Source: the human T2T-CHM13v2.0 reference genome, Homo sapiens
Assembly: GCF_009914755.1 (NCBI RefSeq)
Contig: NC_060926.1
Length of the DNA stretch: 64,000 nt
Strand: one strand, 5' to 3'
Numbering within the stretch: position 1 is the stretch's first letter; every line of letters begins with the position of its first letter. Shown here piece by piece: positions 1 through 13,422 of the stretch. Made by a program: the position numbers and the translations under genes. The notes under the pieces are model-generated. The model ran no database searches and had not been told where the DNA came from. It was given only the letters and a program-made list of their open reading frames with translations.

Positions 1-904
1 CTGCCTGGACAGCCAGGTGTTTCTATACCTCCTCTGAAATCTAGGCAGAGGTTTCCCAAACCCCAATTCTTAACTTCTGTGCACTGGCAGGCTCAACATC
101 ATGTGGAAGTTTGAGGCCTGCACCCTCTGAAGCCATGGCCTAAGCTGTCCGTTGGCCCTTTTCAGCCACAGCTGGAGTGGCTAGGATGCAGGGCACCAAG
201 TCCTTAGGCTGCATACAGCACAAGGACCCTGGGCCTGGCCCATGAAACCACTTTTTCCTCCTAGGCCTCTGGGCTTGTGATAGGAGGAGCTGCTGTGAAG
301 ACCTCTGAAATGCCCTGGAGACATTTACCGCATCATCTTGAGTATTAACATTTGGCTCCTTGTTACACAGATTTCTACAACTGGCTTGGATTTCTCCTCA
401 GAAAATGGGATTTTCTTTTCTAACTTACTGTCAGGCTGCAAATTTTCCAAATTTCTATGCTCTACTTCTCTTATAAAACTGAATGCCTTTTATAGCACCC
501 AAGTCACCTCTTGAATGTGTTGCTGCTTAGAAATTTCTTCCACCAGATACCCTAAATCATCTCTCTGAAGTTCAAAGGTCCACAAATCTCTAGGGCAGGG
601 ACAAAATGCCACCAGTCTCTCTGTTAAAACATAAAAAGAGTCACATTTTGCTCCATTTCCCAGCAAGTTCCTTATCTCCATCTGAAACCACCTCAGCCTG
701 GATTTCATAGTCCATATCATTATCAGCATTTTGGTTAAAGCCATTGAACAAGTCTCTAGAGAGTTCTCAACTTTCCCACATTTTCCTGCCTTCTTTTGAG
801 CCTTCTAAACTGTTCCAACCTCTGCCTGTTACCCAGTTCCAAAGTTGCTTCCACATTTTCAGGTATCTTTTCAGCAGCACCCTACTCTACTGATACCAAT
901 TTAC
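1..904 (-). mobile_element. THE1/MaLR internal region (5' part), continuing off the left edge
   Basis: Typical THE1-int text (e.g. CACCAGATACCCTAAATCATCTCTCT, AAAGTTGCTTCCACATTTTCAGGTATC). It abuts the LTR through ...TGATACCAATTTAC, the reverse complement of the internal start. Confidence 0.9.
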
Positions 905-1269
905 TGTATTAGTCTGTTTTCACACTGCTTATAAAGACATACCCAAGACTGGGCAATTGACAAAAAAAAAAAAAAAAAAAAGAGGTTTAATTTACTTACA
1001 GTTCCACTTGGCTGGGGAAGCCTCACAATCATGGTGGGGGGCAAGGAAGAGCAAGTCACGTCTTACATGGATGGCAGCAAGCAAAGAGAGATTGTGCAAG
1101 GGAACCCCTCCTTAAAACAACCATCAGATCTTGTGAGACTTACACACTATCATGAAAACAGCATGAGAGATACCTGACCCCAAGATTCAATTACCTCCCA
1201 CCAGGTCCCTCCCACAATATGTGGGAATTCAAGATGAGATTCGGGTGGGGACACAGCCAAATCATATCA
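905..1269 (-). mobile_element. THE1-family LTR (THE1B/C-like), 5' LTR of the provirus
   Basis: Begins TGTATTAGTCTGTTTTCACACTG and ends GGACACAGCCAAATCATATCA (reverse complement of the THE1 LTR start). Expanded A-run at ~962-981. Confidence 0.9.
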
Positions 1270-2470
1270 CCTCTTTATGAAAGTTTGACACTGAAGCAGC
1301 AAATGACTTTGCCGTTTAATTTTATTTAACTGTACAAAAGACTGAATTCATGAAATCCAACAAGTTGACTTTCAGATTTCATTCAAACATGATGATAAAG
1401 AGATTAAAAATTCATTTAGAGGACAAGAGAAATCTACTTTTCTTATGCATTAAAATGAATTAGGGTTGTAAGTGCCTATCAAATTAGGTTGTAAGTACCT
1501 GTTGATTTTCTGCAAGCACACTACCACACCTTTGTTTCATTAGAGACTGGTCACTTAAAATAAATGCATGTCTGCAAAATGTAGCAGAATGTTTACATGT
1601 CTACTTTCCCTATTATAAAATTCACCCTTTCCAGTCAGTGGTAACAAAAAAACCCCAAGAAAATTATGTAAGTAAACAGATTTCAGCTTAACTCTAAACT
1701 GTCTCAAATTTCAAAGTAAGTTGCCTTAATTACTCAGAAGTAGGGTTAAATCTGCACAAAAGAGAACAACGCAAACACACTGATAAGACCCTCTCTCAAA
1801 TAAAAAACTTTTGATTGTACATTTAATTGAAATTTGAAAGGTGAAATCAAAATGCCTTATATATGAGTTGCTCTCAGATAACAACCCAATTTATCTCTGG
1901 ATTTTTCTAATGATGATGTAGCTTCAGTGTCATTCTTGGCTATGACTTATTGGCAAAAATTCTATAAATCTATACTTGTAGCTTTATTTTTGAAAGTCAG
2001 TTTTGTATATATGTGACAACATTAATATTCAGAAATTGAAACTCCTTGGTGAATGTACTAAACTCTACATAGGAGTTCCAGCCACTGTATCATGTATGGT
2101 ATTACTGGATTGATTGTTTTAACACATATGATTATAGACACCCTACTTATTGAGCATGACTTTTTCTCATTATGATGGTTACATCCTGAAAAAAAGAATT
2201 CCCTGCAATAATTAAATCTCAGCTGTCATTCTTACTTCCATCTCCTTTCCACAAATTTGGCATTAGGAAAGTGATGGCACATCTGGCATCTTCAAACAAA
2301 TGACAAGGGCCGAAACCTCTCTCGCTGCTTCAAGGGTCATGGGTGAGCAGCTTCCTCTCATGTATGGTCAGTCACAAGGAGGAAGGCATTGCCAGGAGCA
2401 GACTCACAAACACATCTACACGACTCCAGGGCTTCGGGCACAGCACTCAGCCCTGAATGCCAGCACTCAC

Positions 2471-2624
2471 GTTGCTGCTCTAGTTTGATGGTAGCCTCGT
2501 CGGTATCTTTGCCAAGCAGATGACTGCGCTTCTGCATGTGTTTTGTTTAATGAGAGCTGCTGCTGGCTGCGGGGGTGTTGTTGTTGGATGGCTCCCCACC
2601 AGTGCTCCACAGAGTGGGGAGTGG
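2471..2624 (-). other. Candidate internal exon (154 nt) of a putative minus-strand transcript
   Basis: Minus-strand acceptor ctctgtcctccttggctgtttcAG|CCAC and donor CAAC|GTGAGT, in unique sequence with retained CpGs. No expression evidence. Confidence 0.45.
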
Positions 2625-2972
2625 CTGAAACAGCCAAGGAGGACAGAGCCAGTGGACATGCTCTATGAATCATGACCCACATCCGGCCAGCAGAATAAAT
2701 AAATAAATCAAGGGCAGAAGGTGGGAGAAAAGCTGGTGAGCATGCCACATGGGGAAAGGGAGGGGCTGTGGCATCCCAAACCAACCAGAAGCCTCAGAGT
2801 GCTGGGGCAAAGGCCCAGGTCAGCTTCACCTTGCAGTCACCACTGCCCTCGAAGGGCCCATCAGAAGCCAGCTATCTCTATGTATTATATGTATACATAT
2901 GTGTGTGTGGACATGCATGCATATATATACATATGTAGATATATATACATGTAACCAATAGAGAATACTGTC

Positions 2973-3276
<304 letters not shown>

Positions 3277-3824
3277 TGTCATATATTTCTATATGCTAAA
3301 TATATATATACTTGTTTCAGGGAAGTATATTATTTAGTGCTGACATTCACTATTTGTGATCTACGGTGGACTCGAGTACACCTAGTAAAACTTCACTATT
3401 TATATTAGTAACAGGAAGATGCAACCATCTGGTAAATTTTGCTGTCCAGTAAATTAAGGAGATTAAGATAAAACTACATGGAGATTTCATTATCAAGTGC
3501 AATTTCTTTATTGCCCTTGGACAAATGAAATTTAATTTTAATTATTTATGACACTTTATAACATGCTTGTGAAGATACCATGTATCTCTTTGCAAAAATG
3601 ATGGTACTTTAGAAATATAAGACCTCTCTGTGTCATTCATCATAACATCTTTTATCAACAAACTGAGGTAATCGTGACGGTTTCCCTAATGTAACCCCAC
3701 AAATTTAAACACAAGTTTTGACGCAGTTCCCACTGCGGTACTTGGAACAATCGCCTTATTATGACATTAGCCATCCTGAGGATTGTTCACACTGGGAGAT
3801 TTCGAGTTGAAGTAATCGTCTCAC

Positions 3825-4085
3825 CATGAAAAACAATTATATCCAGGGAAGCGATTGCACCAGGTCTCCATCCACTGGGGGGAGTTCACCTGACTCCCGA
3901 AGTTCATCGTACAAGACAGATCTGCAGAGCACTGCTCTTTCGCAGAGTTTGTTCCAGATTCTAGAGTATGTGTTCACACAGATTTTTTTCTTTCTTTCTA
4001 GAGTTGGCTGGGAACCATGGGAGCGTGTGGCGGGTGTGATGAGTGCTTCAGGCGGTATTCTCCCTTTCGTCACACTAAGTCTGTG
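3825..4085 (-). other. Candidate exon (261 nt) of a putative minus-strand transcript
   Basis: Acceptor gcctgcattttttatttcAG|CACAG and donor CATG|GTGAGA; alternative donor CAG|GTGAAC near 3890. About 20 CpG counted in 3661-4220. Confidence 0.45.
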
Positions 4086-4341
4086 CTGAAATAAAAAATG
4101 CAGGCAAATCAGAAACAAATTTCCCAGGAAGGATACGGGAGGGAGGTGGGCAGCCAGGCAGGCAGAAAGCGCACGCATCGGGCTCAGGCTGGCTTTGTCA
4201 GTGCATCCTCCACGGGGGGTTGTGCATTTTGTTTCTGGAACTCTCCTGCTCCACAAAGCACACACCATTTGCTAGAGAACATAATTCTTCTGAACTGGGG
4301 TGCCCAGAATGCCTGAAGCAAACCCTTCAGACAAAGTGTAA

Positions 4342-4775
4342 TGTGTGTGTGTGAATGTGTGCCTGTGTGTGAATGTGGGGATGTGTGTGTGTGTGCATGT
4401 GTGTGTGAATGTCTGCGTGTGTGTGTGGTGCATGTGGTATGTGTGTACAATGTAGGGTTTGTCTCTGTGTGTTTGTGTGTGGCATGTATGAAGTCTCTAT
4501 GGTGTATGTAGTGTGTGAGTTGTACATGGTGCGTGTGTGGTGAAGTATATGTAATGTGTTGGGGGTGTTGTGAGAGGAGTTTTAAGTGTGAGGTGTGTGG
4601 GATATGTGTGTTGTGGGGGATGTTTGGTGTGTGTGGAGCATGTGTAGTGTGTGTGCACTGTGTGTCTACGTGAGATGTGAGATGTGCAGTGTGTGCGGGA
4701 TATTTTGCATGCAGTGGTGTGTGTGTGGTATGGGTGTGTGTGTGCGTGTATGTGTGGTGTGTGTGCATGTCTGTG
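4342..4775. repeat. Degenerate (TG)n/(CA)n low-complexity tract
   Basis: Directly visible; it produces the His/Thr-rich and Val/Cys-rich pseudo-ORFs. Confidence 0.95.
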
Positions 4776-5579
4776 TAAGAGAGCAGGAAAATGACCTCAC
4801 AAGGACACCGGGAGATGTGGGTGTTGCCCGGGAGAGAGTGACACAGGGACCGCCTGGGAGAAAGCGCCCAGGTGTCATGGCATTTTTTGCCACATCTTGG
4901 TGGGAAATGTAGAAGAATGCAGTGGGAATTTCTTCCTGGGACAAAGGGGGCTGTGCTCTCGCAACCACAGGGGTCAGAAGTCCCCCTCACAGCGACAGTG
5001 CTGGCAGTGCGGCCCTGGGCTGGGGGATTCGTGGAGGGTGCACAGGCGCTGTCCCAGCGTGGAGACCCGCACCATAGTGCTGGTGCTCAGGCTCTTCCAA
5101 AGGCTGCTGCAGAAGCCCTTTGGTCGGGAGCTGTCCCCAGGTGGATCCGAGCCACTCAGGCAGTGGCAGTCTTTCCTACATTCTCCAGGAAAATCAAGTT
5201 TTTTCATAATGAGTTTTACATTGAAGTTGTTCTTTTTATGATTTTTTTTTTACAGTTTTGTTCATTGTTTCCATGTGGATAAAATGGGTTACATCACATT
5301 AGTTGTGTCTGATTTAATGTCAAAATATATCTAACAATGACATATCAAACACTCTGGTATTGGCAGGAGAAGGTGCCAGGGAGGGCCTGGATGGCCTGCT
5401 CAGGTGCAGGTGATGGTCTGTTTCTGGGTGCAGGGCTGGTGTCCTCTGTGGATAGCTCATGGCTATGGCTTGTTTGCTTTTCTTTAATCTATTTTATGCT
5501 TTAATTAAAAGTTTTTTAAAAAGCAACAAAAAAAATCATCTATGATGTCACACAAAAAGCACCCTGATATCCAGATATT

Positions 5580-5890
5580 CCACCACCTGTGTGACACCCG
5601 GGTACTCCACCACCTGTGCGACACCCGGGCACTCCACCACCTGTGCCACACCTGGGCATTCCAACACCTGTGTCACACCCGGGCACTCCACCACCTGTGC
5701 GACACCCGGGCACTCCACCACCTGTGCCACACCTGGGCATTCCAACACCTGTGCCACACCCGGGCACTCCACCACCTGTGCCACACCTGGGTATTCCAAC
5801 ACCTGTGCCACACCCGGGTATTCCAACACCTGTGCCACACACTGGCACTCCACCACCTGTGCCACACCCAAGTATTTCACCACCTGTGCA
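5580..5890. repeat. 27-bp minisatellite (VNTR-like), 11 full copies plus 1 partial
   Basis: Unit CCA(C/A)CACCTGTG(C/T)(C/G)ACACC(C/T)GGG(C/T)A(C/T)T at a 27-bp period (5580, 5607, 5634 ... 5877). The 9-aa periodicity shows in the ORF track. Confidence 0.97.
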
Positions 5891-6791
5891 ATGTGAGTTC
5901 TCCTTCTTCACCATGAGAGGCTTCTCTGGGGAAGAATCTAGAACACTTCTCAGTCTGCAGAATGAACTAGAGGAAGGAGAAAGAGTAAAGGTGACTGTGG
6001 TCAGTGTGCTGGAATAGGAATGTGGAGTGAAAGCAAGGAAGGCATTCAGATTTCTTGTATGTTTATGATAAGAGAACACAGTGCAAAAAGCCAGTAGGTG
6101 GTGTTCATTCTGCCCAAGTTAAGGGCCTCGCTCTGCCATTTGCTGCCCCTGAGCTTCTTGGAGTCTCAGTTTCTTTGTCCACAACGTGGGGTTGATGGAA
6201 CATTGATTCAGGCATTGTGAGGACTACACGTGATCACATGTACAGATGGAGTTGTATGTATGCTATTTGCATTTTCAGATCCATTATTTATTTTCCTTTT
6301 GTAAAAGCTATTATTTGTTTTAATCCAGGAGTCAGGGAACAGATCCTTAGGTTATGAGATTTTTAAACAATAAAGCCTTGGGGCTAATGAGCTGCTAAGA
6401 AAGGTGAGCTGATGAATGCAGGCAGGGATGTGCCTCCCAGTAGGGCCCCTGAGCTGCTTGGGAGAAGAGTTTAAGCAAAAGTCTACGAGGAAAAGGCAAG
6501 TGAGGACAGTGTGAGGAGGTGCAGGTTGACAGTGGACAAAACCAACTCAATCTGCATTAGATATTGGTTATTAGCACTTTCTCAATCAGGTCCTGTCATT
6601 CTACAGCTGTAAGTCCCTTGATGGCTCTTCCTTTCTCTCAGGAAAGCCAACTCCTACATATCCTTCAAAATATGAGTAAGGTTGATGATGGCGATGGTAA
6701 TAATAGTGATGCTGGTGACAATGATGATGATGTTGATGCTGGCTAACATTTATTCAGTGCCAGTCAATTTGCTACGTTAAAAACTAATTTA

Positions 6792-7084
6792 GTGCCTGTA
6801 ATTCCAGCACTTTGTGAGGCCGAGGTGGGCAGATCTCTTGAGGCCAGGAGTTCGAGACTAGCCTGGCCAACATGGCAAAAACCCATCCCTGCTAAAAACA
6901 CAAAAATTAGCTAGGTGTGGTGATGCGCACCTGAAATCCCAGGTACTTGCGAGGTCGAGGCATGGGAATCGCTTGAATCCTGGAGGTGGAAATTGTAATG
7001 AGCCAAGATCACACCACTACACTCCAGCCTGGGTGACAGAGTGAGACTCTGTCTCAAAAAAAAAAAAAAACAAAAACCAAAAAA
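6792..7084 (+). mobile_element. Alu (J/old S), slightly 5'-truncated, inserted in a MIR
   Basis: Alu dimer with A tail. MIR-like flanks: AACATTTATTCAGTGCC ... CATTTTACAGGATAAG. Confidence 0.9.
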
Positions 7085-10000
7085 CAGCGTATCAAATCTA
7101 ATCCTCTCAACAATCCTAATGAGGCAGATATTATTACTTTCATTTTACAGGATAAGAAGTTACAGTTAAGTAATTTGCTCCATGGTGCCCATCCAGGAAG
7201 TAATTCCAGGCTAGGTGTATCTGATTTAGCCCTGTTCTCCTAACCGTATACACTGCCTCTCAGAAGTTGTGCCTAAACCCCTTCTCTGAACTACTCTATA
7301 GCTTTCTCTTCATGAGTCGCAGATTCCGTCATTACTTCCTACTTTTGGTGTATTTCCCTCACTAGCTGGAAGTACCTTAGGACAAAAATGTAGTCTCACC
7401 CAACTTTTTGCCATTGTGTAAACTCACATTTCTTTTTTCCTTATCACACACATGCCAGTATTTAGGCACTGGCTAGCATGTAGTTGACATTCAAAAAGTT
7501 TTAAAAAATGTGAATTTTAAAGTCTAACTTCTAAATAAATTCATCTTTATTTTATTTAGCACCCTCAAATGAACAGACACTTGGGTGGCATGGCATGAGT
7601 GTGTTTTTTAAACAGCCTCTGGTTTAAAAAGATTGACAAACGATGATTCACCAGATGGTAAAGTGAATGGAAGCAGAAACCTGATCAGTTTTGCTTACTT
7701 CCATGTCTCCAGATCTTTAGCAGATACTGCAAGAATAATATATTATCAAATGAATGAAAGAAAGAGCAAAACTAACTAGCATTGGTAATTCAGGTTCTTT
7801 GTTTTAATCTGAACAATTTCTGTGACATTCCTCAAGTCAAATATACATACAAATAAGCTTCCAGGATAAAAAATTTTACTCATATTTGGTATTTCTACTT
7901 ATTACTGGGCTATATAAGAACTTAAACGTCAAACAGACATTGCACTTTGATCAAAAGACTATTCACAAGGTAACATATTCTAATACCTTTAGAAATGTTA
8001 TCAGTGAGTATCAAAACAGGATTTTATTTATATCTGAATTCAGTAGACATTTCAAGAAGTGGAAATAAAACTTCCATTATCAAAACTTTAATTAATGGAG
8101 ATTTTAGTGAATACAGAATATTGTATGGATGTGTGATTTATCTCAAATTTTTAAAACACAAATTCCAGTGCCTTTTATTTATTTTGTGAAGAGGGAATTG
8201 AAGAACTCTTTGGGGTGGTCTTTATAAAACAATACTGTCAAAAATAACACAGAAATTATAACTAGAGACCACAAAAGTCAAAACTCTACATCTTGTTCTC
8301 TGATCAACCATTCAATATTATCATCATTAAAATAAATCGATTTGATTTTAAACTCTAGGAAATAAAGAACAAATGGCCAAAATACAATCACAATGAGTGA
8401 AAGTTCTTATTTACACAGAGAGAAATTTTGTCAAAATTTATTATTCATAGTTTTAGAAATATAGAGTTATTGTAATCCTGATATTTAAGCTTTTTAATTT
8501 TTCGAGTAAGGCCAATTTGGCAAGAAAAAATAACATAATTACAGTTATTGTAAAATACATTATTTTCACGGCAATGTTCCTGTATCCATTGGCTTGTTTT
8601 TGTTTGTTTTTTAATACCAAGAAACAAGTTATTTTCTTCACTATGGAAACAACTAGAAAGGCAAGATATGGCCCAAGAGTATTTATTATGACCCTAATGA
8701 ACCACAATGACTTTTAAATAGTTTTATTTCAGAAAATGATTGGGAAGAGAAATAGAGCAAAGTTTCTCTTATCAATTATTTTCTGAAAGAAAGCAAAGTG
8801 TTTCTAAGGCCACTGGATGAAAGGAAACAGTTTAACCAAATGCAACATAATTTTCAAATAATAATGAAGTTATAATAAAGTGAGAAAAATACTCATTTCT
8901 GAAATGAAATACAGTGGGAGTCAGGTATGTCCCTTATTTTTAAAATGAGTTGAGGTCAATGCATGGCTGACATAAATCACAGAAAATTGGTAAAAGGGAC
9001 AAAAGTGATGAAACATCTGATATTTATTAATTTATTTGTAATGTAACATTCAAAATTTTTTAAGAGGAAAAATAAAAGAAGTGAGAGGGAGAGATTTCTA
9101 TCAATGCCCTCTGGATATTCAACTACAATTTGAATAACAGAGGCTACATATGTGTAAGCTAAACACAGGTCATTACTATCTAAAAACCCAGGCTGCCGAG
9201 GGCTCTAGAGCCCTAGATGGGGCTACAAAAATAAGAAAAGTCATTATAATGGAGCCTTTGTCATGACATAAATGCCCTAAATGTGATCTAAAGAAATCAA
9301 TGAGAAATTAAAATTCATCTAAAATTAGATTTTAAAAACTCTTGATTGAAATGGAAATGTTATCTATGTGGTTTAGAACTCCATTATCTTCTGCTACTAT
9401 TTTACATAAAAATGCAGATTTCTATTTAGGGCCTACCTGAAAGACCATTGTGAAAGACTAAAAGAAGAAGCACAGATAGTGTATATACAAACAGGCTCAT
9501 CGTAAGTCAGGGAAACTCATGAAACATACCGCAAATAGCACTCAGGCAACCCAAATGTCTCCACAGCCCTGCCAGTGTGAGGAGCCTTGCTAAGGTCATT
9601 TTAACAGTTTGCATCCAGGTCCATTGGTTCAATAGCCACTCAACCCCCAGCTCCTACCTGCCTGCCAAATTGCAGAATATCAGTTTTGCTTCCCTCTTTC
9701 TTATGACGCCATGGGAGTACCCTAATGATGATACTGTCTCACCCCCACGTCACAGTGCAGCCCACACGCTTGCTGTGGCAGCCACCCTTGCCTTTCTCCA
9801 GCATCACTTTCTGATGTGGGTGTTACTGGAGCATATCTCATGACCCACCTGTGCTCTGCCCCATCCACTCATGTGGTGGTATTTGTTCACTCTTAACTTT
9901 CATGCTTGCCTCTTCTCTGTCCTGTGGGAAAACAGCCTTCTGGTCTTGAGTCCTGGCCTGTGGAGAAGAAAGAAGAGGAGAAAGGGAGGCTCCCACAAAG

Positions 10001-11374
10001 GAACTGCTTGGACCTCAGTGTGGTGTTTCCTTCCGTTTACTGCATCTATGTCCCCTCTGAGTGTTAGAGATACCTTCAGGAGGATTAAGGGGACAGTGAA
10101 TTCAAGAAGTAGGTTTCATTCTAGAGTAGAACTCCATTTCCATTTTTTTCCCTGGGTCTCTTGCTTAGTATCAACACTGGTCAAATTCCAGCCATACTTA
10201 AAGTGGGATAAATGGAATTTAATTTTTCCTCTTAGAAATCCTCTTGTTCCTTTCACAGCCCATTGCAAAATCCCTCCTGCAATTCCATCCCTTCTAACGT
10301 ACCTAAATCTGAAGACACAGTTCAGTTTCTCTTCCATGGGTTCCATGTGCCACTTGGCAGTAACACGATGTAACAGTTAGCAATGGCTCCCTCCACACCC
10401 CACCACTGCAGAGAACCAGGGCCCTCAGCTGCAGTGCTGCTCTGCTTCCATGCAAGAAGAGTCTACCTCTTTCGGTTAGTTTCTCTTGGGGAAGATCATT
10501 CTTTTCCACCAAGATTTGGTGTGTGTACAAGTGGGACAGTAACAGGTTGTCCTTAAGTAAACAGATCTTTGAAATAGTTCTGGTCTTCAGTGGGGCTAGA
10601 CTGTATCCTCTACCATCAAAACAAGCAAAAATTCAATAAGTTCTGTAATAGAGGTACAAGTGAGAGGAAAGATATGATGCGTCCTGACTACAGTGAACAA
10701 AATAGTTATTATGGTAGAGATGTCATTCACCCTGGAGCTTCAAACAGAGGGATTTATGATGGGCAGAAAATGATATTGTGTTCTGTGCTGAGAAAAGAGC
10801 TTAAAAAAAAAAAATCACAGAGGGCTAAAAGCAACTGCTGCGCCTGGAAAACTGGCAGCCATCCACTACAGCCAGAGTGTAATGTGCATCGCTGTGGAAA
10901 CTGGACATGTTGGTAGACGCAGAATTCAGAAATTTTCAATGCCATGATAAGGAGTTTGAAGCTTCTTTCAGAAAAATAATTGGTGACATGCTATAACCTG
11001 TGCCAAATTATATTGATGTGTCTTGTATCATACTAATCAACTTTGATGCAGTTCTTCGCACTTTGAGGGTCAGCTACACCAGCAGTCAATGAGAAATGTA
11101 CCACGGACTTGACAATAGCCTTGGGCTAATGAGCACACGCTCCCCATCACAGACATTCTCAGCCAACAAGCCCTCTCCTGCGATGTGAAAGTGCTTGGTA
11201 AGATGTGCTGTCTTGCCCTAGCTTATTTTCCTTTTGGCATTTACATTGGATTCTGGAAATAGTTTTGACCCACCTGGTTGATTGATATTATGAAAATCAT
11301 AGTGCTGGTCCTGCTACAAGAAACAGGGGTAGACTATCATGTTCATTATGAAAATGTACATTTAAAAAGTACTC

Positions 11375-11706
<332 letters not shown>

Positions 11707-12869
11707 TCAGAAGAGTTGGGGAGCAGTATGTATTTAGGGAGATATGTGAGAAACTTTGACGCCATCATAAACGGCTCTGTATCCTGTAGTGATTGCCTGG
11801 CAATTATAGGAAAGGCCAAGAGCATACAAAATGTTAGGGATTTTTCAGAGACAGGAAGAGTGAATGTCAATAGATAGTGCTAGTGACACCTCTCCAAGCT
11901 GTATAATGCTTCATTTCTAAGAGCACATGGTCCCATGTTAAACTCAGCATTCATGTTCCAACCTTACTGTGTTGTAACAAGTCTCAAATTCTTTCCTTCT
12001 TACCAACTGCCTTGCAGTCACATGTCCTCATGCATCTGAGTCTTCGGAAATGCTCGTTGCTCAGTCTGGTTCCCTAGCATAGTCCTTTTCTTTTTCTGGT
12101 AGGCGTCTTCCCCATGCTATTTCAAAACTTTCAAAAAATCTCCTCTAACTCCCATTATATGAGATATCTGACTTAACAACCTTAGTAGGATTCCCTGCAT
12201 GCCACTGCTGCACTGGTTATGTTTTCATGGATGGTTTATTTGTTTGTATCTCATTCTCAACCACAGGGCCACTTGGTTGCATCTCATAGGCAGAGAAAAC
12301 ATTTTATTTTCCCAGGACAGGACATTACTATTTTCTGCAGCATTCATTAAGTTTCATTGAATGAATGGTCTATGTGAATGTGTTTTAAAAGCTTGAAAGT
12401 CCCCTAGAAATATAAGCAGCAGAGGCTGGGAGTCAGAGTCTTAATGGGAGCTGTGTTCTTATGTGGATTTGGCTAATCCTGACATGAGGCAGAGGGTCTT
12501 GTTCCTGACCTGTTTTTATTCTGCCTGTTGTTCGGGCTGTTTCTGGTCACCTCCTTCCTCTTTCCCTCCGTTCACTCAGGTGCTAGCCCTGGATATCCTT
12601 CTAGATTAACAGCCATGCCTACAGATCTAGGGCCAGAAACAATCTGTGGGAAAACAGGAAGTACATTGGGGTGGCAGAGATATCAGTTCTCTAGTTGAAG
12701 TATTTGGAAGTCTAGCTATGCCCTTTCAATAGTAAAGCCCACTTCTTAGCCCCATCCTTACTCTACCATGAAGAATTTTAGTCCCAGCTAGGCACTGCCA
12801 TTTCCCTGAAACCAGCAGCATCAACTGTGATCTGGTCCATATAGTCAATGTCACTTTATATGGTGGTCA

Positions 12870-13275
12870 TTACAGCTGTACCAAATCTTCTCATAATATC
12901 CCCTTCCTTGCATATAAGGAATGTAATTCTCTACCCCCTCAATATTAGGTGGCAATATTTATTGATGTGGCCAAGAAAATGTAAGCAAAAGTGAAATGTG
13001 TCACTTCCAAGGAGAAGAATTAAGACCTAGCGTGCATCCACCATATTTCCATTCCACTGATGGAGTGATCACAAAAGCACGCATCCCCACGATGGAGCCC
13101 CTACCAGCCTGGGATCCCGAGTGACTACCATGAGCAGAGCTCAGCCACGACCCACACTGGATGCATAGGTGAGCAAGAAAATAGTCTAGTGTTGCACTAA
13201 TGAATTGAAAATGTCAGATTGTTTTTAACTGTAGCATTGTTACTGCAGTTTGTTGCTTTATCCTAACTAATATAA
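12870..13275 (+). mobile_element. Old MLT1 (MLT1I/J/K-like) LTR
   Basis: GGCCAAGAAAATGTAAGCAAAAGTGAAATGTGTCACTTCC, TGAGCAAGAAAATA and a terminal CCTAACTAATATA. Boundaries approximate. Confidence 0.7.
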
Positions 13276-13422
13276 GTGGTCATTTTTCTCTTTGGTTGTG
13301 TATGACATGGCAAAACTTTCCAATTCAGGAAAACCGAGTGTGAGAAAATTTTATCAAGCTATAAGAATATTTTGAAAGACCTTAACAATCTGCCACAGAA
13401 GAAATTAAAAAGAAATCAGGAA

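Noticed and set aside
4035-4089. C/D-box snoRNA (GTGATGA ... CTGA)
   Set aside because: Too short, no terminal stem, and no guide sequence that I can recognise.
4184-4990. 268-aa His/Thr-rich ORF and overlapping ORFs
   Set aside because: Translation of the (CA)n low-complexity tract.
5540-6079. Six overlapping ORFs with 9-aa periodicity; superficially CRISPR-like array
   Set aside because: A stop-free 27-bp tandem unit opens every frame. There are no unique spacers and no cas genes, and the context is primate.
6090-6103. CTCF-like GCCAGTAGGTGGTG
   Set aside because: A single motif with a mismatch at a conserved C; expected by chance without ChIP data.
9199-9214. 16-bp perfect palindrome AGGGCTCTAGAGCCCT
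   Set aside because: About one palindrome of this length is expected by chance in 64 kb.
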